Assembly (NCBI GenBank): GCA_963833985.1
Contig: CAWIAD010000002.1
Location: 5,120,001-5,184,000 of the forward strand
Length of the DNA stretch: 64,000 nucleotides
Origin: an uncultured Planctomycetaceae bacterium
Lineage (GTDB): Bacteria; Planctomycetota; Planctomycetia; Isosphaerales; Isosphaeraceae
Direction of reading: 5' to 3'
The notes under the pieces are model-generated. The model ran no database searches. It was not told the DNA's origin and saw nothing but the letters and a program-made list of their open reading frames with translations. Numbering within the stretch: position 1 is the stretch's first letter; every line of letters begins with the position of its first letter. The translations under genes were made by a program, and so were the position numbers. Positions 19,801 to 31,969 of the stretch are shown here, piece by piece.

Positions 19801-19987
19801 ACCGATCCCAGAGAGGTCGAGACCGGCGTAGGGCCTTGAATCCGGCATTTCGTTGCCGTCGCCATGTCAAGAATTGCCGCGGGCTGGTGTCCGTCGTCCT
19901 CCCGGCGCAGACCCTCCCGTACGAGCCTGGAGATGACGCTGCCAGGTCAAGTAAGTATCGCCTGGCAAGCGATGTATGGAGGGGCGG

Positions 19988-20458
19988 ATGAAGCTTGCGG
20001 ATTTCGTGATCAGGGATTCCATCGTTGTTGATTTACAAGCAACCGGCAAGGAAGAGGCGATTCGCGAGATGGTCGGCAGCCTGCACAAGGCCGGCCAGCT
20101 TGCGGCTGGCGACGTGGAGAGCGTGATCCGGGCCATTCTTGGTCGTGAGGAGCTAGGCTCGACGGGAATCGGGATGGGTGTCGCCGTGCCTCATACCCGC
20201 CATCCCACGCTCACCCGTCTGATCGGCACCGTCGCGCTCTCGCGGCGGGGTGTGAACTTTGCAGCACTGGACGGCGAACCCGTGAACATTTTTTTCCTGC
20301 TGGTCTCTCCGCAAAACCAGCCCGGAGATCATCTCAGAGCTCTGGAGAATATATCGCGACATCTGAAAGACGAGCGTTTCGTCAGCTTTCTGCGTCAGGC
20401 GCGAAGCCGGCAGGATGTCGTCGACGTGCTCGAGGAAGCCGATCAGAATTCGCCTTGA
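19988..20458 (+). CDS. ptsN: PTS EIIA component (Ntr/Fru type)
   Basis: REELGSTGIGMGVAVPH phospho-His motif, FAALDGEPV, HLRALENISR. Confidence 0.88.
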   Translation: MKLADFVIRDSIVVDLQATGKEEAIREMVGSLHKAGQLAAGDVESVIRAILGREELGSTGIGMGVAVPHTRHPTLTRLIGTVALSRRGVNFAALDGEPVNIFFLLVSPQNQPGDHLRALENISRHLKDERFVSFLRQARSRQDVVDVLEEADQNSP

Positions 20459-20759
20459 GCGCAGCGAGCTGGCTGCGCTCTTGCTCACGAGGTTCTGAAA
20501 GGCGCCGCGGTGAACCCATGACCCGGGAAGCACTGCCCTTTCTCAGCCCGTAGGCATGGCGTTCTATCACGTAGCGGCGGGGCGACAGCAACCTTGCCGG
20601 ACTATCGAGTCCATGCGCCGCTCCAGCCGGGAAGGCCCTGGCCGACCCTGGCTCTTCACCCCGCAGACCCAGCGCTAATCCCCGACCTTCGACCTGGCCC
20701 CGGAATCTGCTGTCAGTTCGCAGGTCGCTTGTCCCAGGCCCGAGCCGGTTGAACCGCAG

Positions 20760-21092
20760 ATGAGCCAAGATACGACGGTCGCCTATCGTCAGATTCAGAT
20801 CACAAACAGTCTCGGGCTTCACTTACGTCCCGCCGACAAGTTCGTCAAGGTCGCGCTCCGCTTTCGGTCGGAGATCCGGGTTCACTACAATGGACATCAG
20901 TTTAATGGCAAGAGCATTCTCGATCTGACCACCCTGGCCGCGGAGTGTGGCACGCGCCTGGAGCTGGAAGCGTGCGGGCCGGATGCCTTGGAAGCGCTTG
21001 ACGCCCTGGCGGAGCTGGTATCGGCCCGATTCTACGAAAACGAAAACGGAGACACGATTGCAGACCACCCCACTGCCGATCCCGGGCAATGA
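20760..21092 (+). CDS. ptsH: Phosphocarrier protein HPr
   Basis: GLHLRPA (His15), NGKSILDL (Ser46). Confidence 0.93.
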   Translation: MSQDTTVAYRQIQITNSLGLHLRPADKFVKVALRFRSEIRVHYNGHQFNGKSILDLTTLAAECGTRLELEACGPDALEALDALAELVSARFYENENGDTIADHPTADPGQ

Positions 21093-21215
21093 ATCGGCCG
21101 GACACCTTGTCTGCGCACATGCCGACATGCAGAGCGCTGATGAGGGGTCATGAGCCGCACCCGGAAGTGAGCTCATGCTGGGGACCGTCTGAACACCAAT
21201 CACAGGAAAGATGGC

Positions 21216-23039
<1,824 letters not shown>

Positions 23040-23395
23040 GTGCCCAAGTACAGAACGGGATCCGCGAGCGGAAAATCAGCCGGTACCGGAGATCTGAACC
23101 GATCCCGGTTCCGGCACTAGACTGTAACCGGGTTCGCACCCGCACCCCAGGAACGGGTCGTCGAACATCAATTGTTTCACCAGACTCGAGAATCTCAGCC
23201 GTTTCGCTCTTTCAATTCGCGACAGGAGCCCGATATCCAGCCCCGAGCTTTCCCGAACTTGAGGTTCCTTGCCGGCCGCCAACAGCCATGGCAATTCGCC
23301 GGGGTGTTTGCGCGAGGTCGCATCAGGACCGCTCAATCGTAGGGTGAAGGCTCCCTGAAGCTGGCCGTCGGCCGCGACCTGAAACTTCGTGCCCC

Positions 23396-24076
23396 ATGAC
23401 CACAGCCCTGAAGCTGCGTCTCCGTTTTGCCAAGCGCGACGATCTCCGCCTGATCAGCCACCATGATCTCATGCGCTGCCTCGAGCGGATGATCCGGCGT
23501 GCGCGGATCCCCGTGGCCCGGTCCCAGGGGTTCACACCCAGGCCCAGAATCACCTTCGCGCTGGCGCTGGGGCTTGGCCTGGAAGGGCACGACGAGATCG
23601 TTGATATCGAGCTGTCCGAGCCTCAATCGCCCGCCGACGTCCTGTCCCGGCTGACGGAGCAGGCACCAGCGGGGTTGCATTGGCTTGGTGGGGAGACGCT
23701 GGCTGCGCCCGCGAAGGCACCACGGCCTGTGGCACTGGTCTACGAGCTCCAGGTGCCGTTTGAGCATCAGGCTCAGGTCCGCCGGCAGATCGATTTGCTC
23801 CTATCCAGTGCGCACTGGCCTCTGGTGCGGCACCGTCCTGATCGCGAGACCGATCGAACGATCGACCTGCGACCTTTTGTGCTGGATGCCGAGTTGAGCT
23901 TTGGGGGTGTGCTGAGAGCCCGCCTGAAGGTCCTCCCCGAGGGCTCCGCTCGCCCCGAAGAATTGCTGGAATCCCTGGGGATCCGCAATCTTCTGAAGCA
24001 GGGAGCCGTCCTTGCGCGGACCCGCCTGGAACTGGCCGAGGACCACCGAACGGTGCCTACTGATCAAGGAGAGTAA
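23396..24076 (+). CDS. TIGR03936/DUF2344 radical-SAM-linked protein
   Basis: LRLISHHDLMR...SQGFTPRPRITFALAL; sits upstream of rne/rng as is typical. Confidence 0.85.
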   Translation: MTTALKLRLRFAKRDDLRLISHHDLMRCLERMIRRARIPVARSQGFTPRPRITFALALGLGLEGHDEIVDIELSEPQSPADVLSRLTEQAPAGLHWLGGETLAAPAKAPRPVALVYELQVPFEHQAQVRRQIDLLLSSAHWPLVRHRPDRETDRTIDLRPFVLDAELSFGGVLRARLKVLPEGSARPEELLESLGIRNLLKQGAVLARTRLELAEDHRTVPTDQGE

Positions 24077-24239
24077 GCCAGGTCCCCTACGACCTGAGAG
24101 CACGTTCCTCAGTGACTTCGTGGCCTGGCTGCCCGGAAAGCGGCCAGCCCGCAGCGCGAGCCGGACCGAGACACGTACTGGCTCGGTTCCTTGAAACCAA
24201 CCGAACACGCCAACCGCGTTTGTACTGGAAAGAGACCGC

Positions 24240-27200
24240 ATGAAAAAAGAAATGCTGATCAATGTCTTGCAGCCCGAGGAGTGCCGGATCGCCATCGTTG
24301 AGAACGGCGTTCTGGAAGAGCTGTATGTCGAGCGGACCAGCCACGAGAGCTATACCGGCAACATCTACAAAGGCAAGGTCGTCAATCTCGAGCCTGCCAT
24401 CCAGGCCGCTTTTGTCGATTTCTCGGTGGGCCGCAACGGATTTCTCCATGTCTCGGACGTCGAGCCGCAGTATTACAACCGCCATCAGGCGGAAGGACAG
24501 GAAATCGAGCCGGCACCCCGGCCAGGGCCAGGGCCAGGGCCAGGTGCCGGGCCCCGGCAGCGTGATCCGCGCCGTTCCCGTGACCGCGATGACCGGCGGC
24601 GATCACGCCCGGAGCCGATGAACGACGCCTATCCAGCACCACCGCGAGGGGAGCGACTGGACCGCGAGCGCGATCGTCCCGAACGCGAACGCCCGGACCT
24701 CTCAGTACGCGGACACCGCGATCGCTCCGAGACTCCGCGCAGGTTCGGCGAGGGTCTTACGGAGGAACAGGAGGCCGAGGAACGTCGGGCCCTTCCCAAT
24801 GATCCCGACTCATTCGGTTCGCCGGTTCCTCGTGAAGAGGACCTCGCGCCAGATCGACTCGAAGGCGGAGCGGGGACATGGACCGAGAGTGCGGGCCTGG
24901 ACTGGGATATTGACCGCCAGCGCGAACGTGAGCGGGATCTCGAGTCGGAAAGTCAACACGAGCGGGATCCGCGGCCCGAGGAGCTTGAAGAGCCACGCTG
25001 GAGGCCTGCCAGAACGCCCGAACCCCATGATCCGGATCTGCCTCCCAGCCGCACGCAGCGGACGCGATCGACTTCACCACCATCCGCTCACCCGCACGAG
25101 CCGCCGGAGCGCGGTCGTCATCGCTATCCTGCCGCTGTACCCGAACCAAGCGGCGAGGACATGGAGCCTCCCTTCGGCGAGGGACTGACCGCAGATCCGT
25201 ATGCCGGCCGGGAACCGCGCCGGGGACGCGGACGCGGACGCCCGGCTCCCCCTGCCCCTGCTTCACCATCATCCCGGCCACTTCCAGGATTCTCTGAAGA
25301 GGAGCTTGTCCAGCCAGAGGTCGAAGACACTCTGGAGCGGAGGTTGCCACCAGTCGCCGACGACTTTGGACCGATCGTGGAGGAACCAAAGTTTCCAGAG
25401 GCCCCCAGGCGCCGTGGCGGACGAGCCGCGATTCGGTCGCGCGGGGGCGAACGCGGGGGAGAGTTCGATCGCAGTCGGGAACCCTTGCCGCCGGCGGGCC
25501 CCGTTGGGGAACGCCATCTCACCGGCAAGGCCGACGCGGACCTGGAGCGTTACCGCTCGCCTGAGGCCGAGCCTCCCATCCCGCCCGAGCGGGGACGTGG
25601 GACCGAAGTGCCGGACCTGACGAGAGAGAGGACGCGGCCTCATAACCGTGCTGGCGAACCGGGTTACATACCGCGTAGGGAGCGGCTGCGCTCGGGAGAC
25701 CAAGGTCAGGGCGACGTCCCAGCGGCCTACGAATGGTCCGAGCCGCAAGCGGATATCGAAGCAGATATTGAATCGCGAGAATTCCTGGCAGCCGATGACG
25801 ATCCATTCGCCACTCCCGGTGCGGCGGACCCGGCCGACCCGAGGGAAGGCAAACGGCGGCGACGGCGGCGCGGTCGCCGCAGGGAGCGCGAACGCCCCGA
25901 GCTTGAATCCACTGCTTCGACGGGCGGGGACTTTCCGCCTGAGTTCGATGAACTGGGCCCGGAGCCCGGGTACACCACAACCTTCCCCCGCCGGCCTGCC
26001 GAAAGTCGGAGGCCCTCCGCGGAGGGAGAAGAGCTGGATCTGGACATCGACGACATCGAGGATGCCGACCTCGACGACGCCCGGGCGCTGGATGACGAGG
26101 ACGTGATGGTCGACGATCTCCAGGCCCCGGGTGTCCGCGTCCCCGAGGAGGACATCGACCCCGAACTCGAGCAGGAAATCCGCAAGGAAATCGAGGAGAT
26201 AGAGGAACTGGAGCGCGAGATGGGCCTGCGCGGTCCGGTGGAGGCCCGTCCCGGCCGGGGCGACGACCTCGCGCGGGGAGGCCGCTCGGGGCGGGGACGG
26301 GGTCTGGTTAAACCGCCCATCCAGGAGATTTTCCGCCGGGGCGACGAGGTGCTGGTCCAGGTGATCAAGGAAAGCATCGGCACAAAGGGGCCAACGCTCT
26401 CCACCTACATCAGCATCCCCGGCCGTTATCTCGTGCTCATGCCTGGATTGAACCGCGTCGGGGTGTCACGCAAGATCGTCGATGAAGGCCAGCGCCGCAA
26501 GCTCCGCGAGATCATGCACGAGCTGAACCCGCCAAAGGGCCTTGGTTTCATCGTGCGGACCGCCGGGCTGGAGCGCACGAAGCGTGAGCTGGCACGCGAT
26601 CTGGCTTATCTGCTGCGGCTCTGGAAGGTGATCTTGCGGCGGATCAAGCGCACGCGCACGCCCGGGCCGATCTACCAGGAATCGGATATGATCACCCGGA
26701 CGATCCGGGATATCTTCACCTCCGAGATCGATACGATCTGGATCGACGAGCCTTCCGCCTTCGAGCGGGCCCAGGAGTTTCTTCGCGTGGTCATGCCCCG
26801 GTTCGTGAACCGGATCAAGCTGTACGACGAGAAGGTGCCGCTGTTCCACAAGTACGGCATCGAGGACGAGATCGCCAAGATCCAGCGCCGGCACGTCCCC
26901 TTGCCCGAAGGCGGATCGATCGTCATCGACCAGACCGAAGCCCTCGTGGCCATCGACGTCAACTCGGGCAACTTCCGGGTTGAGGACGACGCCGAAAAGA
27001 CCGCCTACGAGATGAACCTCCGCGCGGCCAAGGAGATCGCCCGCCAGCTTCGGCTGCGCGACCTGGGCGGCGTGATCGTCAACGACTTCATCGACATGCG
27101 CGAGGAGCGGCACAGCCGGGGCGTGGAACGCGCCCTCCGTGAGGCCATCAAGCGCGATCGCGCCCGGACCAAGATTCTCCGCATGAGCGCTTTCGGACTG

Positions 27201-27578
27201 ATCGAGATGACCCGCCAGCGAATCCGCCCCAGCCTGAAGCGGTCCATCTACGAGGACTGCTCGCACTGCACCGGCGCGGGAGTCGTCAAGACCGCCGAAA
27301 GCATGGCCATCGACGTGATGCGCATCCTCGCCCTGGGATCCCACCGCGAGGACATCCGCCGCATCAATATCACCGTCAGCCCCGGGGTCGCCACCTACCT
27401 GAATAACCGCAAGCGCAAGGAGGTTGCCAGGATCGAGAGTGAATCCGGTATGTCCATCCAGATCAACTTCAAGGAGAACGTGCCGGCAGAGTTCTTGCAG
27501 ATCGACTGCTACGACGCCAATAGCAGCGAGGTGCGGCTCTTTCCCTTGCCCGCTCCGGGGTCGAAGCGCGCCCATTGA
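24240..27578 (+). CDS. rne: Ribonuclease E/G family with ~610-aa insertion in the S1 domain
   Basis: GNIYKGKV...AAFVDF...GFLHVSD, resuming at VLVQVIKESIGTKGPTLST; IDVNSG, NDFIDM, GLIEMTRQR, CSHC Zn-link. Confidence 0.92.
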   Translation: MKKEMLINVLQPEECRIAIVENGVLEELYVERTSHESYTGNIYKGKVVNLEPAIQAAFVDFSVGRNGFLHVSDVEPQYYNRHQAEGQEIEPAPRPGPGPGPGAGPRQRDPRRSRDRDDRRRSRPEPMNDAYPAPPRGERLDRERDRPERERPDLSVRGHRDRSETPRRFGEGLTEEQEAEERRALPNDPDSFGSPVPREEDLAPDRLEGGAGTWTESAGLDWDIDRQRERERDLESESQHERDPRPEELEEPRWRPARTPEPHDPDLPPSRTQRTRSTSPPSAHPHEPPERGRHRYPAAVPEPSGEDMEPPFGEGLTADPYAGREPRRGRGRGRPAPPAPASPSSRPLPGFSEEELVQPEVEDTLERRLPPVADDFGPIVEEPKFPEAPRRRGGRAAIRSRGGERGGEFDRSREPLPPAGPVGERHLTGKADADLERYRSPEAEPPIPPERGRGTEVPDLTRERTRPHNRAGEPGYIPRRERLRSGDQGQGDVPAAYEWSEPQADIEADIESREFLAADDDPFATPGAADPADPREGKRRRRRRGRRRERERPELESTASTGGDFPPEFDELGPEPGYTTTFPRRPAESRRPSAEGEELDLDIDDIEDADLDDARALDDEDVMVDDLQAPGVRVPEEDIDPELEQEIRKEIEEIEELEREMGLRGPVEARPGRGDDLARGGRSGRGRGLVKPPIQEIFRRGDEVLVQVIKESIGTKGPTLSTYISIPGRYLVLMPGLNRVGVSRKIVDEGQRRKLREIMHELNPPKGLGFIVRTAGLERTKRELARDLAYLLRLWKVILRRIKRTRTPGPIYQESDMITRTIRDIFTSEIDTIWIDEPSAFERAQEFLRVVMPRFVNRIKLYDEKVPLFHKYGIEDEIAKIQRRHVPLPEGGSIVIDQTEALVAIDVNSGNFRVEDDAEKTAYEMNLRAAKEIARQLRLRDLGGVIVNDFIDMREERHSRGVERALREAIKRDRARTKILRMSAFGLIEMTRQRIRPSLKRSIYEDCSHCTGAGVVKTAESMAIDVMRILALGSHREDIRRINITVSPGVATYLNNRKRKEVARIESESGMSIQINFKENVPAEFLQIDCYDANSSEVRLFPLPAPGSKRAH

Positions 27579-27730
27579 AGCCGCGAGCCGGCGCCTGATC
27601 GGCGTCGCAGTGCGCCAGGACTTTCCGCGGGCCGAAGTTCCGCGGCCCTGGCGCGCCGCAGCGCCGTACTGCTCGCAAGCCGGCGGGGCTGATCTTTCGA
27701 TCCGTGTCGCATGAGATGGAGGTAAGGGTC

Positions 27731-28738
27731 ATGCCGTTGCAACCCAGCACCGGTTATCCATTGCACCGTCCCCGCCGCCTCCGCGCTCATCCGCGCCTAC
27801 GCGACCTGGTGCGCGAAAACCATCTGAACATCCATGACCTGATCTACCCCCTGTTCGTCTACCACGGCGTAAACGTGCGGCGTGAGGTGGCGTCGATGCC
27901 CGGGCAGTACCAGCTCTCCCTCGACCGGCTCGGCGAAGCTGTCTCGGAAGTTGCCGAACTGGGCATTCCGGGCATCCTGCTGTTCGGGATACCGGAACAC
28001 AAGGATGCGTTCGGCTCGGCAGCCGCACGCGACGACGGAATTGTCCAGGAAGCAATCAGGATCAGCCGGCGTCAGGCTCCCGGCCTGCTGATCATCACGG
28101 ATCTGTGCTTCTGCGAGTACACCGATCATGGCCACTGCGGCCCCCTGAGCGAGAGCACCGGCCGGCTTGACGTGGACAACGATGCCACACTGCCGCTTCT
28201 GGCCCAGCAGGCAACCAGCCATGCGCGGGCCGGCGCTGACATGATCGCACCGTCGGGAATGATCGACGGCATGGTCCAGGCCATTCGAACGGGCCTTGAC
28301 GGCTCGGGCTTCACGCACGTCCCGATCATGTCCTACGCCGCAAAGTTTGCCAGCGGCTACTACGGGCCATTTCGGGACGCGGCGGAGAGCACTCCCAGCT
28401 TCGGCGATCGGCGCGGCTACCAGATGGACCCGGCCAACGGCAATGAGGCGATCCGCGAGGTGGCTCTTGACCTGGCCGAGGGGGCCGATATCGTCATGGT
28501 CAAACCGGCATTGGCCTATCTCGACATCGCCCACCGCGTGAAGGAGACGTTCGGCGTCCCCGTCGCGGCGTACAACGTTTCCGGAGAGTACGCCATGGTC
28601 AAGGCCGCAGCGCTACGCGGATGGATCGATGAGCGGCGGATCGTGCTCGAGACGCTCACCGGCTTCAAGCGGGCCGGAATTGACATGATCCTCACCTATC
28701 ACGCTCTCGATGTGGCTCGGTGGTTGAAACAAGGGTAG
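27731..28738 (+). CDS. hemB: Porphobilinogen synthase
   Basis: [20 protein letters not shown] (Zn site), [27 protein letters not shown]. Confidence 0.97.
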   Translation: MPLQPSTGYPLHRPRRLRAHPRLRDLVRENHLNIHDLIYPLFVYHGVNVRREVASMPGQYQLSLDRLGEAVSEVAELGIPGILLFGIPEHKDAFGSAAARDDGIVQEAIRISRRQAPGLLIITDLCFCEYTDHGHCGPLSESTGRLDVDNDATLPLLAQQATSHARAGADMIAPSGMIDGMVQAIRTGLDGSGFTHVPIMSYAAKFASGYYGPFRDAAESTPSFGDRRGYQMDPANGNEAIREVALDLAEGADIVMVKPALAYLDIAHRVKETFGVPVAAYNVSGEYAMVKAAALRGWIDERRIVLETLTGFKRAGIDMILTYHALDVARWLKQG

Positions 28739-28799
28739 GCCTGGCAGGCATATCCAGTTGCCGCCATCAATGAATACCTACGGTATTTCGGCTCCGCTC

Positions 28800-29735
28800 A
28801 TGTCCAAGCCGTTTGACGCGACTGCCAAGGAATTGCTGGAGATCGATCCCAGGGCCTGGCTGGAGCTGCTCTTGGGCCGATCCTTCAACCGTGTACGCAT
28901 CCTCAACGTCGATCTCTCCACCATCACCACCGAGGCCGACTCGGTGCTCCTGGTCGAGGAGCCTGATCCCTGGATCGTGCACCTGGAGTTCCAGTCCAGC
29001 TACGATCCCGACCTGCCACGACGGCTCCATCGCTACAACACCCTGGTCAATTACCGGTACCGGCGGCCCGTGCAAAGCGTCGCACTCCTGCTTTGCCCCG
29101 ACGCGGATGGGCCAGCACTCGACGGACTGTTCCAGCATGGATTACCCGACGGCTCCTTCTACCTCCAGTTCCGCTATAATATCGTCAGAACCTGGCAGCG
29201 GTCGCCCGCCGAGATCCTTGCTGGGAGCCTGGCTACCTTGCCTCTGGCACCGCTGGGGAATGTGCGCGAGCAAGAACTGCCCACGCTCGTCCAGGCCATG
29301 CAGCAACGGTTGGACCGGGAAGCAACTCGAAGCCAGGCAGCACGGCTCTGGACGGCCACCTATCTACTCATGGGACTGACTTATCCGGACGAACTCATCG
29401 ATCGTTTGCTCGAAGGAGTACAGAACATGGCTGAATCGGTGACCTACCAAAAGATCCTCAGACAGGGGCGCGCCGAAGGACGCAATGAAGGACGCAATGA
29501 AGGGCTTGCCGAGGGTCGCAATGAAGGACGCGCCGAGGGTCGCAATGAAGGACGCGCCGAGGGAGTGAAGCGGGCAATCAAACGCATCGGCAGCCGGCGC
29601 TTCGGCCCCCTCGATCCTACCGCCGAAGCCGCTTTGGACACCATCATAGACCTGGAGAAACTCGACGACCTGGCTGTTCGCGTCCTCGAGGTCAACGGGT
29701 GGGATGAGCTGCTTCGCAGCCCCGAAAAATCATGA
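28800..29735 (+). CDS. Rpn-family (PD-(D/E)XK transposase-like) protein with EGR repeats and DUF4351-like C-terminus
   Basis: FDATAKELLE, EADSV...HLEFQ, LPLAPL, MAESVTYQKIL, (EGRx)n, RRFGPL. Confidence 0.75.
   Translation: MSKPFDATAKELLEIDPRAWLELLLGRSFNRVRILNVDLSTITTEADSVLLVEEPDPWIVHLEFQSSYDPDLPRRLHRYNTLVNYRYRRPVQSVALLLCPDADGPALDGLFQHGLPDGSFYLQFRYNIVRTWQRSPAEILAGSLATLPLAPLGNVREQELPTLVQAMQQRLDREATRSQAARLWTATYLLMGLTYPDELIDRLLEGVQNMAESVTYQKILRQGRAEGRNEGRNEGLAEGRNEGRAEGRNEGRAEGVKRAIKRIGSRRFGPLDPTAEAALDTIIDLEKLDDLAVRVLEVNGWDELLRSPEKS
29466..29564 (+). repeat. 12-bp coding tandem repeat x8 (G-R/L-A/N-E)
   Basis: Variants of GGACGCAATGAA encode GRAE GRNE GRNE GLAE GRNE GRAE GRNE GRAE. Confidence 0.9.
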
Positions 29736-31087
29736 GCACCACGACCCCAGCAACCTCGCGACCCGAGTTTGCGCTCCCCCGCAGCCACGACGCGTTCGTC
29801 CGCGCCAACCGCGTCATTCCCGGCGGCGTGAACAGCCCGGCGCGTGCGTTCGGTGCGGTTGGCGGTGAACCGCCGTTCATGGAGCGCGCCCAAGGGGCCT
29901 ACCTGTACGACATCGATGGCCACCGATACATCGATTATATCGGCTCGTGGGGGCCAATGATCCTCGGGCATGCTCATCCGGGCGTCCGCGCGGGGATCAC
30001 CGCGGCGCTTGACGCCGGCTCGAGCTTCGGTGCCCCGACGGTGCGCGAAAGCGAGATCGCTGAGACCGTTACCCACGCGGTTCCGTCCATCGAGAAGGTG
30101 CGATTTGTCTCTTCCGGCACCGAGGCCGCCATGTCGGCCGTGCGGCGTGCGCGCGGGGTCACTGAGCGTGACAAGATCATCAAGATGACGGGCCACTATC
30201 ACGGCCACATCGACGCTCTACTCGTGCAGGCGGGGTCGGCCGCGACGACGCTGGGCACACCAAACAGTCCGGGAGTGACGTCCGGCGCCACGCGGGACAC
30301 CCTGCTTTGCCCGTTCAACGATGCATCGGCTGTCGCCGATCTGCTCGATCATCACCCCGGACAGGTGGCTGCGGTCTTGCTGGAACCGATCGCCGGCAAC
30401 ATGGGCCTGGTTCCTCCGCGCCCCGGCTACCTGGAAACTCTCCGTGAGTTGACCGCGAAGCATGGCACCCTGCTCATCTTCGATGAAGTCATGACAGGGT
30501 TCCGTGTCGCTTACGGAGGCGCTCAGGCGCTGTACCAGGTAACGCCCGACCTGACGGCCCTGGGAAAGATCATCGGAGGCGGCCTTCCTGCTGCGGCCTA
30601 CGGCGCATCAGCACCGATCATGGACCATGTCTCACCGGCCGGGCCGGTCTACCAGGCAGGCACGCTGTCGGGCAACCCGCTGGCCATGGCAGCCGGCCTG
30701 TGTACACTGCAAGTCCTCCGTGACGAAGCACCCTATGAGCGGCTCGAGGCACTTTCAGCCCGCCTTGCCGAGGGATTGGACAAGGTTGCCACTGACACTG
30801 GGCTTCCTCACGTCGTCCAGCGCGTGGGCAGCATGCTGACGCTCTTTTTCCAGGGCGGACCCGTGCACAGCTACGAGCAAGCCAAGCAGTCCGATACGAA
30901 ACTCTTCGCCCGCTTCTTCTGGGAGATGCTCGCGCGCGGAGTCTATCTGCCGTGCAGCCAGTTCGAGGCCGCGTTCGTCTCCACGGCGCATACCGAGGAC
31001 GACATCGACCAGACGATCGAGGCTGCCCGAGAGTCGCTGCAAGCCATCGTGCAAGAGTGCCCTATCTCTGCGGACTCGAAGGCTTGA
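29732..31087 (+). CDS. hemL: Glutamate-1-semialdehyde 2,1-aminomutase
   Basis: IPGGVNSPARAF, SWGPMILGH, FDEVMTGFR, LGKIIGGGLP, YQAGTLSGNP; ATGA overlap with the upstream gene. Confidence 0.97.
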   Translation: MSTTTPATSRPEFALPRSHDAFVRANRVIPGGVNSPARAFGAVGGEPPFMERAQGAYLYDIDGHRYIDYIGSWGPMILGHAHPGVRAGITAALDAGSSFGAPTVRESEIAETVTHAVPSIEKVRFVSSGTEAAMSAVRRARGVTERDKIIKMTGHYHGHIDALLVQAGSAATTLGTPNSPGVTSGATRDTLLCPFNDASAVADLLDHHPGQVAAVLLEPIAGNMGLVPPRPGYLETLRELTAKHGTLLIFDEVMTGFRVAYGGAQALYQVTPDLTALGKIIGGGLPAAAYGASAPIMDHVSPAGPVYQAGTLSGNPLAMAAGLCTLQVLRDEAPYERLEALSARLAEGLDKVATDTGLPHVVQRVGSMLTLFFQGGPVHSYEQAKQSDTKLFARFFWEMLARGVYLPCSQFEAAFVSTAHTEDDIDQTIEAARESLQAIVQECPISADSKA

Positions 31088-31101
31088 GGAGCTCGCGGAA
31101 C

Positions 31102-31917
31102 ATGAGCGTGAGTGTGAGCCTTGTTCGTCGTCGAATCATCATCGCCTCGGGACTCATCCCGGCGACACTCTCTGCCTGTCTCTACGCGGCAATGCGCGAC
31201 CTTGAAGTCGGGTCGTTGCCCGCGGAGCAGGGAAATGCCGCTCAGGCAGACATGATCACCCGCCAGGCAGTTTGCCGGTGGGCCAGCAAGCCTCCCGTGC
31301 TCGATGGAAAGCTTGACGATCCCTGCTGGCAGGAGGCCTCGGTTATCGACCACTTCGCGGCTTACTGGAACAAGCTCCCCCGAGCCGGCACACGCGCCTA
31401 TCTCGTCTGGGATGATCAAGCCGTTTATTACGGAGCAAGCCTGGACGATGCCGAAGTCCGAGCGTTCGGCACCCAGCGTAATGACACTCTCTGGGAAGGT
31501 GACGTCTTCGAGCTGTTCCTGAAACCGAGTGCCGACCGTCCTGAGTACTTCGAGTTTCAGGGCAATCCTCGAGGCACGGTATTCGAGATGGCATTTGCAA
31601 TGCGCGGTCAGTACCCTCGGCATTTCAACGAAGCCCCTGTCCTGGGAACAATGGCGGTGGCACGGGTGGACGGCACACTTGATCGTTCCGGCGACAAGGA
31701 CCGGGGCTGGACCATCGAGGGCCGCATTCCCTGGACAGCCTTTCAGCTCACGGGTGCCAGGCCGAAGCCGGGCGATACCTGGCTGTTCGCACTCTGCCGG
31801 TACGATTACGGGCCGAAGGGGACAAAACCGGTTCTCATGAGCTCGGCACCGTTAACCCAACCCAGCTTCCATCGCTTCGAAGACTACGGCATGCTGCGAT
31901 TCGAGGGACCACAGTGA
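31102..31917 (+). CDS. CBM9-like sugar-binding domain protein
   Basis: PVLDGKLDDPCW, LVWDD, LWEGDVFELF, YFEFQGNP, WTIEGRIPW. Confidence 0.78.
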   Translation: MSVSVSLVRRRIIIASGLIPATLSACLYAAMRDLEVGSLPAEQGNAAQADMITRQAVCRWASKPPVLDGKLDDPCWQEASVIDHFAAYWNKLPRAGTRAYLVWDDQAVYYGASLDDAEVRAFGTQRNDTLWEGDVFELFLKPSADRPEYFEFQGNPRGTVFEMAFAMRGQYPRHFNEAPVLGTMAVARVDGTLDRSGDKDRGWTIEGRIPWTAFQLTGARPKPGDTWLFALCRYDYGPKGTKPVLMSSAPLTQPSFHRFEDYGMLRFEGPQ

Positions 31918-31969
31918 AAGCTGTGAGGAGCGGATGCTCGATCGCGATTCCTCTCAATCGGCCTCACTC

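Noticed and set aside
23040..23395. Structured RNA between ptsI and the TIGR03936 gene
   Set aside because: Only one modest hairpin (CCCGGTT/AACCGGG), as expected by chance at this GC content
28800..29735. Rpn gene as an IS element
   Set aside because: No terminal inverted repeats or target duplication seen, and Rpn proteins are not shown to be transposases
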